Below, in pieces: positions 17,498 to 27,572 of a DNA stretch of 64,000 nucleotides. Position 1 is the first letter of the stretch. Every line of letters starts with the position of its first letter. The stretch comes from Acinetobacter phage vB_AbaS_TCUP2199: the sequence record ON323491.1, one strand, 5' to 3'. The translations under genes were made by a program, and so were the position numbers. Under the pieces are notes generated by a model. The model searched no databases, had not been told where the DNA came from, and saw only the letters and a program-made list of their open reading frames with translations.

Positions 17498-18355
17498 ATG
17501 TCTAAGCAAGAACAAAACCCAGTAGATTTTAAATTTGCAGAACAGTACCCAGAACTTGCACCTGAAAATACTTTAGTGTTGCATGAAAATTTCAATTTAT
17601 TCGACCTGCAAAAGTATTTACCAAATGCACGTCGTTTAGCTGCAAATTTCCAAACTGGTGATTCTGAGTCATACTTTAAGTATGTGTTGGACCGTAAAGC
17701 GGAAAATGAAGATTCTCAAAAATCTCGTACATTCATCAATGCTTTTAATCCAGAATCTAGCTTAACAGCTACAACTATCCTTAACTTTGGTACAAGTGAA
17801 AACGCAGGCCATGGGGATGATCGTGCTGTTTTGGATTTAAGTCGCGACCCAATGTTTGAAGAATTTTATGAAGCCTTCAACGATAAATGGTATAAAGCAA
17901 ACAAACTTGCAGAAACTTTAGAAACATTCTTAGGTACTGCAGAAATGTTTGGTACTGTTGACGGTGAGGAGGGTCGCCTTCATATTTCAGCAGTTATTAG
18001 CAGCTTCCGTAACTTAAAAGTTGAAGCTAATCACACTAACCAGACTACTTCACAGTCACAATTCAAAGCTGAAACTTCTGATCTTGAAAGCTTTGAAGCG
18101 GAAGCTGTTGGTGGTGCTTTACCAGAGTACATTTTCTTTAGCACACCAATCTATGCTGGTTTAGAGTTCCAAGACATTCGTTTTAAAGTGATCATGGAAA
18201 AACGTGAAGATGAAAATAAAAAGCCTTTCGCGGTATTCCGCTTAAAGCCAATTGCATTGAAGTATGCATACCATCAAGCGGCTGCTAACTTCCGTCACTT
18301 AGTACGTGAAAACTTGGAAGGTGAAGACACTTATATTGGTTCTGCAAAAGTATAA
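17498..18355 (+). CDS. Hypothetical protein (285 aa)
   Basis: Listed ORF; followed by a terminator. Confidence 0.6.
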   Translation: MSKQEQNPVDFKFAEQYPELAPENTLVLHENFNLFDLQKYLPNARRLAANFQTGDSESYFKYVLDRKAENEDSQKSRTFINAFNPESSLTATTILNFGTSENAGHGDDRAVLDLSRDPMFEEFYEAFNDKWYKANKLAETLETFLGTAEMFGTVDGEEGRLHISAVISSFRNLKVEANHTNQTTSQSQFKAETSDLESFEAEAVGGALPEYIFFSTPIYAGLEFQDIRFKVIMEKREDENKKPFAVFRLKPIALKYAYHQAAANFRHLVRENLEGEDTYIGSAKV

Positions 18356-18377
18356 GTTCTAACCCCATCATCAATAA

Positions 18378-18405
18378 AACAGCAAACTTCGGTTTGCTGT
18401 TTTTG
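18378..18405 (+). terminator. Intrinsic terminator AACAGCAAAC-ttcg-GTTTGCTGTT followed by TTTT
   Basis: Read from the sequence. Confidence 0.6.
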
Positions 18406-18432
18406 CTATCAAAAAATTAATTGGAGATTAAC

Positions 18433-18846
18433 GTGGATAAGAGCAAAGAAACTTTAGCTTATGTATGGTACAGATCAATAAATAACGTTGTGATGCATAT
18501 CCACAATGCTGTTTATAAAGGTGACCGTAAAAGCTGTAAATATAAAGTTGGCAAACAAATTATTGCCACAGTTGAAAATGACAAAGTGAGCAAGATTGCA
18601 GACTTTAGCAAGGGCCGTGTCATTATCCCAGACCATGACAAAGGCATTGTCAAGTACATGCCAATGCTCAATGAAACATCTTTGGCCGAAGATGTTCAAG
18701 ACAGAATGCAAGCAGCAATACGAGCCAACACACCACTCCAAGTATATAAGGCTTATGAAGTCACAGGTCTTAAATACTGGATAACTAATCGTATTGAATT
18801 TATCTACAAATATGCCAACCGTGTAGCAAACCCACAAAGCAATTAA
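18433..18846 (+). CDS. Hypothetical protein
   Basis: GTG start 6 nt after GGAG; the listed ORF begins at TTG 18421. Confidence 0.45.
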   Translation: MDKSKETLAYVWYRSINNVVMHIHNAVYKGDRKSCKYKVGKQIIATVENDKVSKIADFSKGRVIIPDHDKGIVKYMPMLNETSLAEDVQDRMQAAIRANTPLQVYKAYEVTGLKYWITNRIEFIYKYANRVANPQSN

Positions 18847-18858
18847 GAGGACTCCACC

Positions 18859-19314
18859 ATGGAACTTAAAAATCGTACAGTTGAAGAAGTAGCAGCAGAA
18901 ATCGAAAAGCTGATTGCAATAATGGACCCGAATCAACCATATTCAGTTGATGCCATTAAAGCCGACGTTGACCAAGCGGAGGTGGATGCGCTGCTTAAAC
19001 TGCTACATATTCGCTCACAGCTTGTTGAGAAATTCAAAGCAGTGTTTAACGTGGTTGACTCTATCGAAGCCAGTGTCAAAGCTAAACGTTTCCCTGCAGG
19101 TACTTATGGTATTACCAACCCGCTGAAAGTATCAGCAGTAACCAGCAAGGTTTATGATATGAAAGGAATCTTGGAAATTCTCAAAGATAAGTTTGATGAT
19201 ATTGAACCATACGTGATTCCTGATCTTAAAAACAAAACAGTTGAAGAAATCGTTGGCACTCAACCAAAGCTGGTTACAACAGTAAAAGGCACAAACCGCC
19301 ACAGCTTCAAATAA
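18859..19314 (+). CDS. Hypothetical protein
   Basis: Listed ORF; AGAGGA RBS. Confidence 0.55.
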   Translation: MELKNRTVEEVAAEIEKLIAIMDPNQPYSVDAIKADVDQAEVDALLKLLHIRSQLVEKFKAVFNVVDSIEASVKAKRFPAGTYGITNPLKVSAVTSKVYDMKGILEILKDKFDDIEPYVIPDLKNKTVEEIVGTQPKLVTTVKGTNRHSFK

Positions 19315-19325
19315 GGATACACGTC

Positions 19326-19547
19326 ATGCCAAGACATTTAACAATGGATGACGTAAGCAAACTTGACGATGAATGTGCATACATCATCGTCAATGCTGCA
19401 CCGATTCCTGTAGTTGAGTTAGTGACCATGGACTACAACAAAGCACGTGGTTTATGTGTAAGTGAAGAAAACAATGTTATGCTTGCGCTCACACCAGAAA
19501 CCTTGGCTGCAGTCCGCAGCGGTGAATACTTGGAGATCAAAGTATGA
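19326..19547 (+). CDS. Hypothetical protein
   Basis: Listed ORF. Confidence 0.45.
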   Translation: MPRHLTMDDVSKLDDECAYIIVNAAPIPVVELVTMDYNKARGLCVSEENNVMLALTPETLAAVRSGEYLEIKV

Positions 19548-19828
19548 CAACCTTCACAATCACTTTTAACCCATTCTACTTTGATATTATTCTTATATAT
19601 ATCATTTGGTTAGTTGCACCAATTGCTTTACGTTGGGATGTACATTTAAGTGACCCTAAGAAAGCTAAAGAACCCCACTGGCAGTTTTTAACTATGGTGG
19701 TTGGTTTTGCTTTAATTGTTACCTTATTTGTTTTACGTATACTTGACGCGATATTCGCTCAACTAGCAATATCACTTGATAAAGTATTAACCAAGTATGG
19801 AAAATATGTTTTTCCTACCAAAAAATAG
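19544..19828 (+). CDS. Small membrane protein
   Basis: Listed ORF; two hydrophobic helices. Confidence 0.5.
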   Translation: MTTFTITFNPFYFDIILIYIIWLVAPIALRWDVHLSDPKKAKEPHWQFLTMVVGFALIVTLFVLRILDAIFAQLAISLDKVLTKYGKYVFPTKK

Positions 19829-19836
19829 GTGGTCAG

Positions 19837-20310
19837 GTGAGTATAGAAAAACTTGAAACACTATTTGCAATTGAGTTCGGGCAACTACTTGAAAACTATC
19901 TGTATTCTAACGCACGACGTGAAGAATTGACGGACGTAATCTGTAGCTGCCTGCAGTTGCGAAACAAACAGCAATTGGCCCAGATATATGCTGGGTATGA
20001 TATACCTTCAACCGCTAACATATTTGAATTGATCAGAACATTGAATGACGACGAGTTCACCATGCGCTTTTTCAAGCTGCAGACTACGTTGCCAGAAGTG
20101 GCTGTATCAAGACCAGAGGAAGTGGTTGAGCAAGCACCTGTCGTTGAGGTAAGTACGGAGCGTAAACCGTACTGGATGATCGACGATGAAGAAAAGCCTG
20201 CAGACTATCCAAAGCAAGACGAAAATGACTTGCGAAAAAATGACGACATGTTCGATGAACTTGGAGACATGGATATGGATATGATGAAGGGGATTGATTT
20301 TAACCTTTAA
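19837..20310 (+). CDS. Acidic protein with a D/E-rich C-terminal tail, immediately upstream of the helicase gene
   Basis: Listed ORF (GTG start, GGTGG RBS). Confidence 0.5.
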   Translation: MSIEKLETLFAIEFGQLLENYLYSNARREELTDVICSCLQLRNKQQLAQIYAGYDIPSTANIFELIRTLNDDEFTMRFFKLQTTLPEVAVSRPEEVVEQAPVVEVSTERKPYWMIDDEEKPADYPKQDENDLRKNDDMFDELGDMDMDMMKGIDFNL

Positions 20311-20327
20311 AAATTAGGAAATTAACG

Positions 20328-21905
20328 ATGTTAGAGTTAAGACAAAAACAGATTAAAACTTTCCAGAAAGCGTTAATGAATAAACGCTTCCTAGATCGTT
20401 CACATGCAGGGACTGGTAAAACAGCCCCTATTTGCTGCCTGACTGGTTTTTTGATCGGCTCTAAACCAGTTGATATTCATCCGTCAAAAACCATTCACCA
20501 GATACCGAAAATTGTCACTTTAACGAAACACTCAATTACTCAGGTAACTGGTGGAATATATAACTGCCGTGCTATTTGGATTCAGCCAAGTTCATTGATG
20601 GAGAAAAATCGTCAGGAACTTTTAAGTTGGAACCCAACATGGTCGGAGTCTGCAGTAAAAGTTGTACAGGGAACACCTGCCAAAAAGAAAAGAATCATTA
20701 ATGATGAAAATACTTTGGTGTGGGTTATGACTGCAGAAGCTTTCAAGGCTTATTACAAAGAAATGAAAGTTAAGTATCCAGATATTCTACAAATTGTTTG
20801 TGATGAACCTCACTTATATTACCGTGGCTTTAACAGTGCCCGTACCCAATTTTTTGTCAACAACGTGGACCAAAACACTCGCGTTCACTTCATGACCGCA
20901 ACACCAACACCACGTGGCAAGTTAAGTTCAGCTTACACTTACTGTCACATGATTCAGCGCGATTATTATGGATGCTATGACTGGTTCATTAATACCCACG
21001 CTGATCTTGATGAATACGGTAATCCACAGAACTGGAAAAACCATGACAAGCTATGGACATTCTTGGATAACTACTCAATCTGCTGGACCAGTAAGGATAT
21101 GTATGGTGACGTTGACGAAGTTATTATTCGTGATGTTGTTCGTATGAATCCAGTAGTTGAACATGTGTATCGTGAATTTGAATTAGCTGGTATTGCCGAT
21201 TTGCAGGGTTCAGTATTGAATGCAACGAGTGGCGGTGTCGAAAGCCTACGCTGTCGCCAAATGCTATGCCACCCACATGCTATCCGTATTCCATGTGCTT
21301 GGGGTGATGACGGTAAACCAACCAACTACCAAGTCGGGACAATTTTAGACGACATTACCCCTAAATTAGAAAGAATTGTAGAATATGCAGAAGCTGGTGA
21401 GCCATTGATCATCTTTGGTTCATTCACTTCTGAAATAGAAATGATTGCCGAAACTTTACGGAGAAGAAAATTCCGTGTCGGTGTCATCCATGGTGGAGTT
21501 TTACAACTCCAACGTGTGAAGATCGACCAAGACTTCCAAGCTGGAAAGCTTGACGTAGTGGTCTGTTCTGCAGCAACAGCAGGCGTTGGCTTCAACTGGG
21601 GCCACGTCAACACAGTAATTTTCCATTCATTGAACTATGGTGATGATGAGTTCTTGCAAGCGATTGCCCGTGCTAAGCGTGGTGTTCGTACAGAGACACT
21701 TAAAATTATCTTGTTGGAATATGAAAATACTATTGATCAACCAGTCATGTGGGCGGTGCATCATAACTCACGCAACAGCCATTTGACCAATCCAGACAAC
21801 CCGATTATTTACTTCCCACGTGTGATGCAAGATGATAAAAACGCATCTTTAACACCACAAATGGAAATGGAATATAAGGAATATGGTGAAAAGATGATCG
21901 CATAG
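20328..21905 (+). CDS. SF2 (DExH-type) helicase
   Basis: Walker A AGTGKT; DEPH box (VCDEPHLY); C-terminal helicase motifs. Confidence 0.75.
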   Translation: MLELRQKQIKTFQKALMNKRFLDRSHAGTGKTAPICCLTGFLIGSKPVDIHPSKTIHQIPKIVTLTKHSITQVTGGIYNCRAIWIQPSSLMEKNRQELLSWNPTWSESAVKVVQGTPAKKKRIINDENTLVWVMTAEAFKAYYKEMKVKYPDILQIVCDEPHLYYRGFNSARTQFFVNNVDQNTRVHFMTATPTPRGKLSSAYTYCHMIQRDYYGCYDWFINTHADLDEYGNPQNWKNHDKLWTFLDNYSICWTSKDMYGDVDEVIIRDVVRMNPVVEHVYREFELAGIADLQGSVLNATSGGVESLRCRQMLCHPHAIRIPCAWGDDGKPTNYQVGTILDDITPKLERIVEYAEAGEPLIIFGSFTSEIEMIAETLRRRKFRVGVIHGGVLQLQRVKIDQDFQAGKLDVVVCSAATAGVGFNWGHVNTVIFHSLNYGDDEFLQAIARAKRGVRTETLKIILLEYENTIDQPVMWAVHHNSRNSHLTNPDNPIIYFPRVMQDDKNASLTPQMEMEYKEYGEKMIA

Positions 21906-21917
21906 TGAAAATTACTG

Positions 21918-21947
21918 TTGACTCTAACCAGATTTTGCAATTATAGT
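21918..21947 (+). promoter_or_regulatory. Sigma70-like promoter TTGACT-N18-TATAGT
   Basis: Hexamers and spacing read from the sequence. Lies upstream of gene 22040. Confidence 0.45.
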
Positions 21948-21952
21948 AAGTC

Positions 21953-21995
21953 ATCACCGCAGTTTACACCTCGTTTTCTGCGGTGATATTTTTAT
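21953..21995 (+). terminator. 10-bp perfect hairpin ATCACCGCAG...CTGCGGTGAT followed by ATTTTTAT
   Basis: It starts at about +1 of the promoter above, so it could terminate the helicase operon or act as a 5' leader/attenuator. Confidence 0.5.
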
Positions 21996-22039
21996 GTTTC
22001 AAAATCACTTTCAAAATCAAAGTCACAGGAAATTTTATC

Positions 22040-22825
22040 ATGACAGCATTAAATGAAGCACTAAACGCAGCAGCAAACGAAGCGGCAGCAGATTCAACTG
22101 CAACAGCTCAACCTATCTCTCAGGTAGATCAAGGCTCAGTAGTTGGAAATGGTGAAGCTACTACACCTGCAGTAGCGAATCGCCAAGTAGCAGCAGCGCC
22201 TGCGGCTGGTGGTCCTTCACTGTCTATGGACAGCAGCGTTGTCCAATCACAAAGCAGCATCACAGAATTTTTAAAATTAAGTGATGGTGGCTGTATGGTT
22301 GGTGAAGCAAAGTTCGACCCAATCAAAGTTCGTATTCGTCTTGAAGATGCCAGCAATGGTGGTGGTTTTAAACCAGCTTACATGATGAACTACGAAGGTC
22401 CACAAGGCATGGTTTACACTAAATCTTATGATGGTGTAAATACGTCAAGTAATAACCCAGCTCACGCTGGATTATCATGGGCTGATAACAAAGCACGTAT
22501 TCTTAACCTTGCACCAAAAGCGTATGATTTCTTAGGATATGATATTGCGTTTGTTGTAGCGGAAGATACTTTGTCTAAAGACAAGAAAACTGAACTAAAA
22601 GCTGGTACAGTTCTTGGCTTTACGACTCCATACACTGCAGCAAAAATGTTGAAGAAAGTATGGGACTCAGGTGTTGGTGCAAACCAACGTGGTAATGATG
22701 CAATTCTTATGATTTCTGGTGAAGAAATTTCTAAGAATGGTCGTCAGTACAAGCAATTAGTTGTTGAGCATGTCGGTTACGCAGCTCCAACTACTGTGGC
22801 TGAACCTGAACATGAAGGTGAGTAA
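22040..22825 (+). CDS. Hypothetical protein with an Ala/Gly-rich low-complexity N-terminus
   Basis: Trimmed to the ATG after CAGGAAATTTTATC. Has its own promoter and terminator. Confidence 0.55.
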   Translation: MTALNEALNAAANEAAADSTATAQPISQVDQGSVVGNGEATTPAVANRQVAAAPAAGGPSLSMDSSVVQSQSSITEFLKLSDGGCMVGEAKFDPIKVRIRLEDASNGGGFKPAYMMNYEGPQGMVYTKSYDGVNTSSNNPAHAGLSWADNKARILNLAPKAYDFLGYDIAFVVAEDTLSKDKKTELKAGTVLGFTTPYTAAKMLKKVWDSGVGANQRGNDAILMISGEEISKNGRQYKQLVVEHVGYAAPTTVAEPEHEGE

Positions 22826-22838
22826 TCACTTTTAAGTC

Positions 22839-22870
22839 AAATGCCCCTTAATTGGGGCATTTGTCTATTT
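22839..22870 (+). terminator. Intrinsic terminator AAATGCCCC-ttaatt-GGGGCATTT followed by a T-rich tail
   Basis: Read from the sequence. Confidence 0.6.
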
Positions 22871-23056
22871 GGAGATAACATGTTAGTCCTTCCAGATTTA
22901 AAGCCAGAAACCTTAGTTGCCTTGGCGATTTTTGTTCTCATGTTTTGTATAGCTTGTTGGTACGAAGAACACATGGAGAAAAAGAACAAGAAAATAGCAG
23001 AGGAATCTAAGAAAAAATTTAACAAAAACAAAGGGGTAGATGAATGCAACGAATAA
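22870..23056 (+). CDS. Small membrane protein
   Basis: Trimmed from listed ORF 22841-23056; GGAGA RBS. Confidence 0.4.
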
Positions 23057-23862
23057 ATATTATTGATGGAAATAACCAGTTTTTCATCAATATGAGTCGC
23101 GCACTAAATGCTCAAGACCTTGCCCGTCGCTGCTTTGAATTACACCATGGTTATGACATTGTGTATTGGACCTTTGACGGAATTGATTCACGCAAACCAC
23201 GTCGTGATTTGTACGCTGGCTATAAAGATACTGTAGCCCGTCAAAAAGCCAAACATGATACCAACCGTTATGAATTATTAAAGAATTTTAAACACCAACA
23301 CTTACCAGCACATGGTGGTGTCATAGTTATTGAAGTTCCCTTTTTTGAAGCCGATGACGTTATCCGTAAGCTGGTCAATCATCACGCGAATGGTGACAAC
23401 CTGATAACCATTTCATCAAACGATGCCGATTTACTTGACTTGACACGGTTTAAGGGTGTGACACAGCCACAAGCTAAGTTCCCTGCAGTCTGTCAGGACC
23501 CAGTTTACTTGCCAATATACAAAACACTGGTTGGTGATACTGGTGACAATATCAAGGGCCTAAAAGGTTTTGGTGATGGTGCATGGTCCAAATTATCAGA
23601 TGGTGACATGCGTTTGATTGCTTCATGTCTATGGAATAAGATACGCATTGACCAAGATAGCGTGATGGATGATGAAAAGCTCAAAGCTAAGTTAATAGAG
23701 CATTGGGATTCTGTTGCGTTATGGTATAAGCTAGTTGACTATATTGACGTTCCAGACGATGCTATTCAAGCTAACTTGAGAATACATCCACGGAAAACTC
23801 CAAAAAACCCTGTGGCATTTGTCGATACCAAACGGCCAAGCATTTCAATGGATACGCTATGA
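23044..23862 (+). CDS. Flap endonuclease / 5'-3' exonuclease (FEN family)
   Basis: Motifs IIDGNN, EADDVI, GDTGDNIKGLKGFG. Confidence 0.75.
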   Translation: MQRINIIDGNNQFFINMSRALNAQDLARRCFELHHGYDIVYWTFDGIDSRKPRRDLYAGYKDTVARQKAKHDTNRYELLKNFKHQHLPAHGGVIVIEVPFFEADDVIRKLVNHHANGDNLITISSNDADLLDLTRFKGVTQPQAKFPAVCQDPVYLPIYKTLVGDTGDNIKGLKGFGDGAWSKLSDGDMRLIASCLWNKIRIDQDSVMDDEKLKAKLIEHWDSVALWYKLVDYIDVPDDAIQANLRIHPRKTPKNPVAFVDTKRPSISMDTL

Positions 23863-24398
23863 GTACATATACTGCAAATCGTAATAACCCTGATGTGATG
23901 AACATTTCAGGTAAACCAGCCATTCAAGCAGCAAGTGCTGAGGGCAAATCAATCCTGTTAGCAATCCTTGCGTTTGCTAAAGAGGACTCAGACAAAGGTA
24001 CTTACTTACGTTATGTACCAGAGAGCAAAGCGTGGACCGATTCTAAAGGTCATGTTGTTCTATTTAATATCGCTGACTCAGAAACCACTTCTGCAGAAGC
24101 TATCCAATTGGTTAAGCAGTTCTCAACCAAGACTGGATATGAACCCCCTGTTAAGACTCAGGTTTCAGAAGGTGGCACTTTAGCTACCGACAATGGTGAG
24201 CCTATCGCAATCAGCACCCGTGCTATTGAAGAAAGCTCAAGTGACGAAAATGACGAAACAAATAAAAATGCAGAAGTCATTGGCGTTGACCATGAAAGCA
24301 AAAAAGTAGAACAAGAACCAGTAGTAGAAAAAGAAACGGTAGCTAAGCGCACTGCCAAGGCTGTAAAACCAGCTACAGATTCAACTACTGAATCGTAG
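23859..24398 (+). CDS. Acidic hypothetical protein
   Basis: Listed ORF; ATGA overlap. Confidence 0.5.
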   Translation: MSTYTANRNNPDVMNISGKPAIQAASAEGKSILLAILAFAKEDSDKGTYLRYVPESKAWTDSKGHVVLFNIADSETTSAEAIQLVKQFSTKTGYEPPVKTQVSEGGTLATDNGEPIAISTRAIEESSSDENDETNKNAEVIGVDHESKKVEQEPVVEKETVAKRTAKAVKPATDSTTES

Positions 24399-24429
24399 CA
24401 ATAAATAGAAACAGCCGTTATCAAGTGAT

Positions 24430-24458
24430 AAACTCTCGTCAACTGACGAGAGTTTTTT
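24430..24458 (+). terminator. Intrinsic terminator AAACTCTCGTCA-act-GACGAGAGTTT followed by TTTTAT
   Basis: Read from the sequence. Confidence 0.6.
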
Positions 24459-24461
24459 ATT

Positions 24462-26561
24462 ATGGCTAATGTTATTGACCTTTTTACCAGAAAGATTAAA
24501 GACCTTCTGGTGGGTTCAGACCTTGGTGCTAACCCACATGTTTTTAAAGATGTAAAGATTCCAGTAGGTAACTTACCTTCCAACTATCGTGACATTGAAG
24601 CTCTTACATTAGAACAAATTTCAGAGCTGGCATTAGGTATGAACCCTAACGGTGGTAACTATTCAGAGGAACCACCGATTGTTTATGAAAATCTGGTGGA
24701 ACGTTTCCCTGCAGACTGCTGGACCGTAGATGGTGTCCGTAGTATGTCTTTCTGCGTGGTTGGTGAAAAGGACGATGGATTCGACGTTCACTGGACTTCA
24801 CGTCGTAAAAATGACTTTGCTGCCGTCATCTGGTTCAGCGAAGATTTAAACATGCACCCATACTTATCGTATGAAACTAAACCAGATTACCGCAACTGTA
24901 CCCTTTCTTTCTCTATTGATTTAGAAGGTCAAGTACCCCCTATTTCAGATGAGCAACTGGGCTTAGTAATGACTGTTATCACCATTAACAGCTACGGCCA
25001 ACAAGTGCCGTATTACTTACGCCTTGCCAATTTTGCAGACCCTGCAACTCTCACAGACACACATGCAGATGTAACCATTGACTGGAACACTGCCCGTTCT
25101 GGTTTCTATGCCACAGACAATTTCCCTAAAACAAATATCCAGCGTATCTTCATTGGCTGCTTAACCAATGGCTTTGACATTGACAGTACACAGCCGTTGC
25201 CTAAAGAGGAAACAGCATCTATGAAGATAACGAACATGCGCTGTACTGGTACAGAGAGCAAGTTCATTCGTAGAACCATGGCTGTGCCACAGCACACGAT
25301 TGGCATGTGTACCAGTTATGATGATAGCTATAACGTAAACCCTTACCGTATCATCAAGAACTGCTTCATGCTGGGCTATCGTGGACACATAAACCATTAC
25401 TGTGGTATGTCTCATTACTACAACCAGAAATGGAGTGAGTCACAGCTCCGCTTTGTCGTGACTAAAGTAGAGGACCGACCAGAGTACAGTTTAATCAATA
25501 AAGAAACCACGTTGTGGCATAAGTACATGGCAAAAGCCTGCAAGAAAATGTATATGCTGCCAATTTTTTCTGTCTCTTATGAAATGTTTTCGGAAGCTGC
25601 AGAATTAACTTGGACTCAACGTGACTGGAACGATAACTATGGCCGTACAGGTTATGAGCCACCAAGTTATTTATTAAGCCCATGTATCCCAGAAGCCATG
25701 AACTGGTTACAGCAAGTATTTGTTGAGTTTGCAGCTATTTCTGCGGGTGAAGGGTTAGTACCGCACCTGCAGGTAGGTGAACCATGGTGGTGGATTAACA
25801 GCGACGGTAAACCTTGTATTTATGATTACCCTACACGGGTTAAGTTTAATGCTGAGACAGGATTATTTGCGCCAGAAATCCCTAACCGTATGGACACACA
25901 CTTACTTGAACAATCACCTTACAAAGAATTTGCTGCATTCTTGCGTAAGGAATTGGGTAACTCAGTTGTGGCCGTGCGTACAGCAGTGAAACAGGTTTAT
26001 CCAGAAGCATTGGTTACAACACTATTTTTCTTACCTTCCATTCTGGATGAAGAAACCAGTGGTATTGCATCAACTATTAACTATCCAGTTGAGCAGTACA
26101 AGTACCCGAACCTTGACTTTATCCAAACTGAAACCTATGACTGGTTGATCATTGGTAAGTTTAATAAAGCCTTGCGCGGGTTCACGTCGGCCATTGATGA
26201 GTTAGGATACCCACCAGATTTGGTCCATTACTTGCTTGGCTTTGTCCCAGATGATTTCTTGGGCAAGCTCATTATCCCTAACTATGACTTGAAAAAGGAC
26301 GGGGTAAAAGTGTGGCAAGCAATCATGGGTAATGCTTACCTTGGTAAAGAATATAACGTTGCTAAGCAATATATTTGGGCCTACAACCAAGTTATGCGTG
26401 ATGGTTTAGTCATTCAGCCAGAGCTGTTCTTGCGTAAGTTCTGGATATTGAATAGCCTGTATTTAAGTCAGGTCCGTGAAGGTGAAGTATTGGGTACACC
26501 AATTGATAACCTACCTTGGAACCCTGTGCGACCACCACAGCCAGAAACTCCAAACGTATAA
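24462..26561 (+). CDS. Putative receptor-binding / tail-fibre protein (699 aa) carrying the shared N-terminal module
   Basis: N-terminal ~70 aa (…VKIPxGNxPxxY…EALTLxQI…GGG/NP) is shared with 27573-28664 and 28682-29554. Confidence 0.55.
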   Translation: MANVIDLFTRKIKDLLVGSDLGANPHVFKDVKIPVGNLPSNYRDIEALTLEQISELALGMNPNGGNYSEEPPIVYENLVERFPADCWTVDGVRSMSFCVVGEKDDGFDVHWTSRRKNDFAAVIWFSEDLNMHPYLSYETKPDYRNCTLSFSIDLEGQVPPISDEQLGLVMTVITINSYGQQVPYYLRLANFADPATLTDTHADVTIDWNTARSGFYATDNFPKTNIQRIFIGCLTNGFDIDSTQPLPKEETASMKITNMRCTGTESKFIRRTMAVPQHTIGMCTSYDDSYNVNPYRIIKNCFMLGYRGHINHYCGMSHYYNQKWSESQLRFVVTKVEDRPEYSLINKETTLWHKYMAKACKKMYMLPIFSVSYEMFSEAAELTWTQRDWNDNYGRTGYEPPSYLLSPCIPEAMNWLQQVFVEFAAISAGEGLVPHLQVGEPWWWINSDGKPCIYDYPTRVKFNAETGLFAPEIPNRMDTHLLEQSPYKEFAAFLRKELGNSVVAVRTAVKQVYPEALVTTLFFLPSILDEETSGIASTINYPVEQYKYPNLDFIQTETYDWLIIGKFNKALRGFTSAIDELGYPPDLVHYLLGFVPDDFLGKLIIPNYDLKKDGVKVWQAIMGNAYLGKEYNVAKQYIWAYNQVMRDGLVIQPELFLRKFWILNSLYLSQVREGEVLGTPIDNLPWNPVRPPQPETPNV

Positions 26562-26570
26562 GAGAAAGCT

Positions 26571-27569
26571 ATGCCTGAATATACCTTAACACCAATCCCA
26601 GATATGGTCTTATATGTGGATGGAGTCCCAGCGATAGTCCCAGCCAGTAATATCGGGGCTGCAGTCTTAAATGACTTTTACACTTACTTATTGGACCCCA
26701 GCACTGGCAATAGTGTTGGGGTAACGCTACGCTATGTTCATCCAAGTTCATCGTGGATTTTACCGAATGGTGAGCCAGCGTTGTTTAATTTGGGAATGTC
26801 AGATGAAAACTTCTTTGAGATTATTACCCAGTTAAAAACATATTCTAAAGCCAACTACCTTGTAAAACCTTTGGGTTCTTTGTGGGGCTACCTTGCAACG
26901 GATGCAGGTAATTTTTTAGAGTTAAAACCAGATGAACTTATTGAAATTAAACCGCAAGAGTTCGTGAAAGCTGGCAAAGAAGTTTACTATATTTCTAACC
27001 TAGACAATGGCTTAACCCTTAACACAGCCATGGCACAGCTTGGTGTTTTTTCTTTGCCTGAGAAAAAGAATCCGCTTCAAGATTATGCTTGGGGTGGGTA
27101 TGTGTTAAATGAAACACCACAGGATGGTAAACACTCTTTGTGGAAAGTAACGTACAAGACTGATACCAGCGAGTTTTTTATTAAACGAGCCGATCAAGTT
27201 GAACAGACTAACCCATTGTATGAAACTGATGTAACCGCAGTTGGCCTAGCAATGGACCCACAGAACAGACCACAGATTGTTTATACCATTGCTGGTGTAT
27301 CAAACATTTACTGGTATGATTTCAACCTTGGTCGTTACAACCACATGGAATTACCTGACGCGGTGAATCCGTGTATTTCAGACCTGAACCCAAACTCAGG
27401 CACTGAAATTATTTTAGGCTACCAAGTGGATAATAGTTTGATGTATCGAAAATATTCAGAAGGCTATCAGACTGAACACACCTTGGTTAGCAACCTAGCT
27501 AATGGTTTAAAGTTACATCAAATTGGTTATGCTGATAATGAAAAATTTCAATGGTTATTAAAGGGGTAA
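26571..27569 (+). CDS. Hypothetical protein inside the RBP cassette
   Basis: Listed ORF. Confidence 0.5.
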   Translation: MPEYTLTPIPDMVLYVDGVPAIVPASNIGAAVLNDFYTYLLDPSTGNSVGVTLRYVHPSSSWILPNGEPALFNLGMSDENFFEIITQLKTYSKANYLVKPLGSLWGYLATDAGNFLELKPDELIEIKPQEFVKAGKEVYYISNLDNGLTLNTAMAQLGVFSLPEKKNPLQDYAWGGYVLNETPQDGKHSLWKVTYKTDTSEFFIKRADQVEQTNPLYETDVTAVGLAMDPQNRPQIVYTIAGVSNIYWYDFNLGRYNHMELPDAVNPCISDLNPNSGTEIILGYQVDNSLMYRKYSEGYQTEHTLVSNLANGLKLHQIGYADNEKFQWLLKG

Positions 27570-27572
27570 GTT

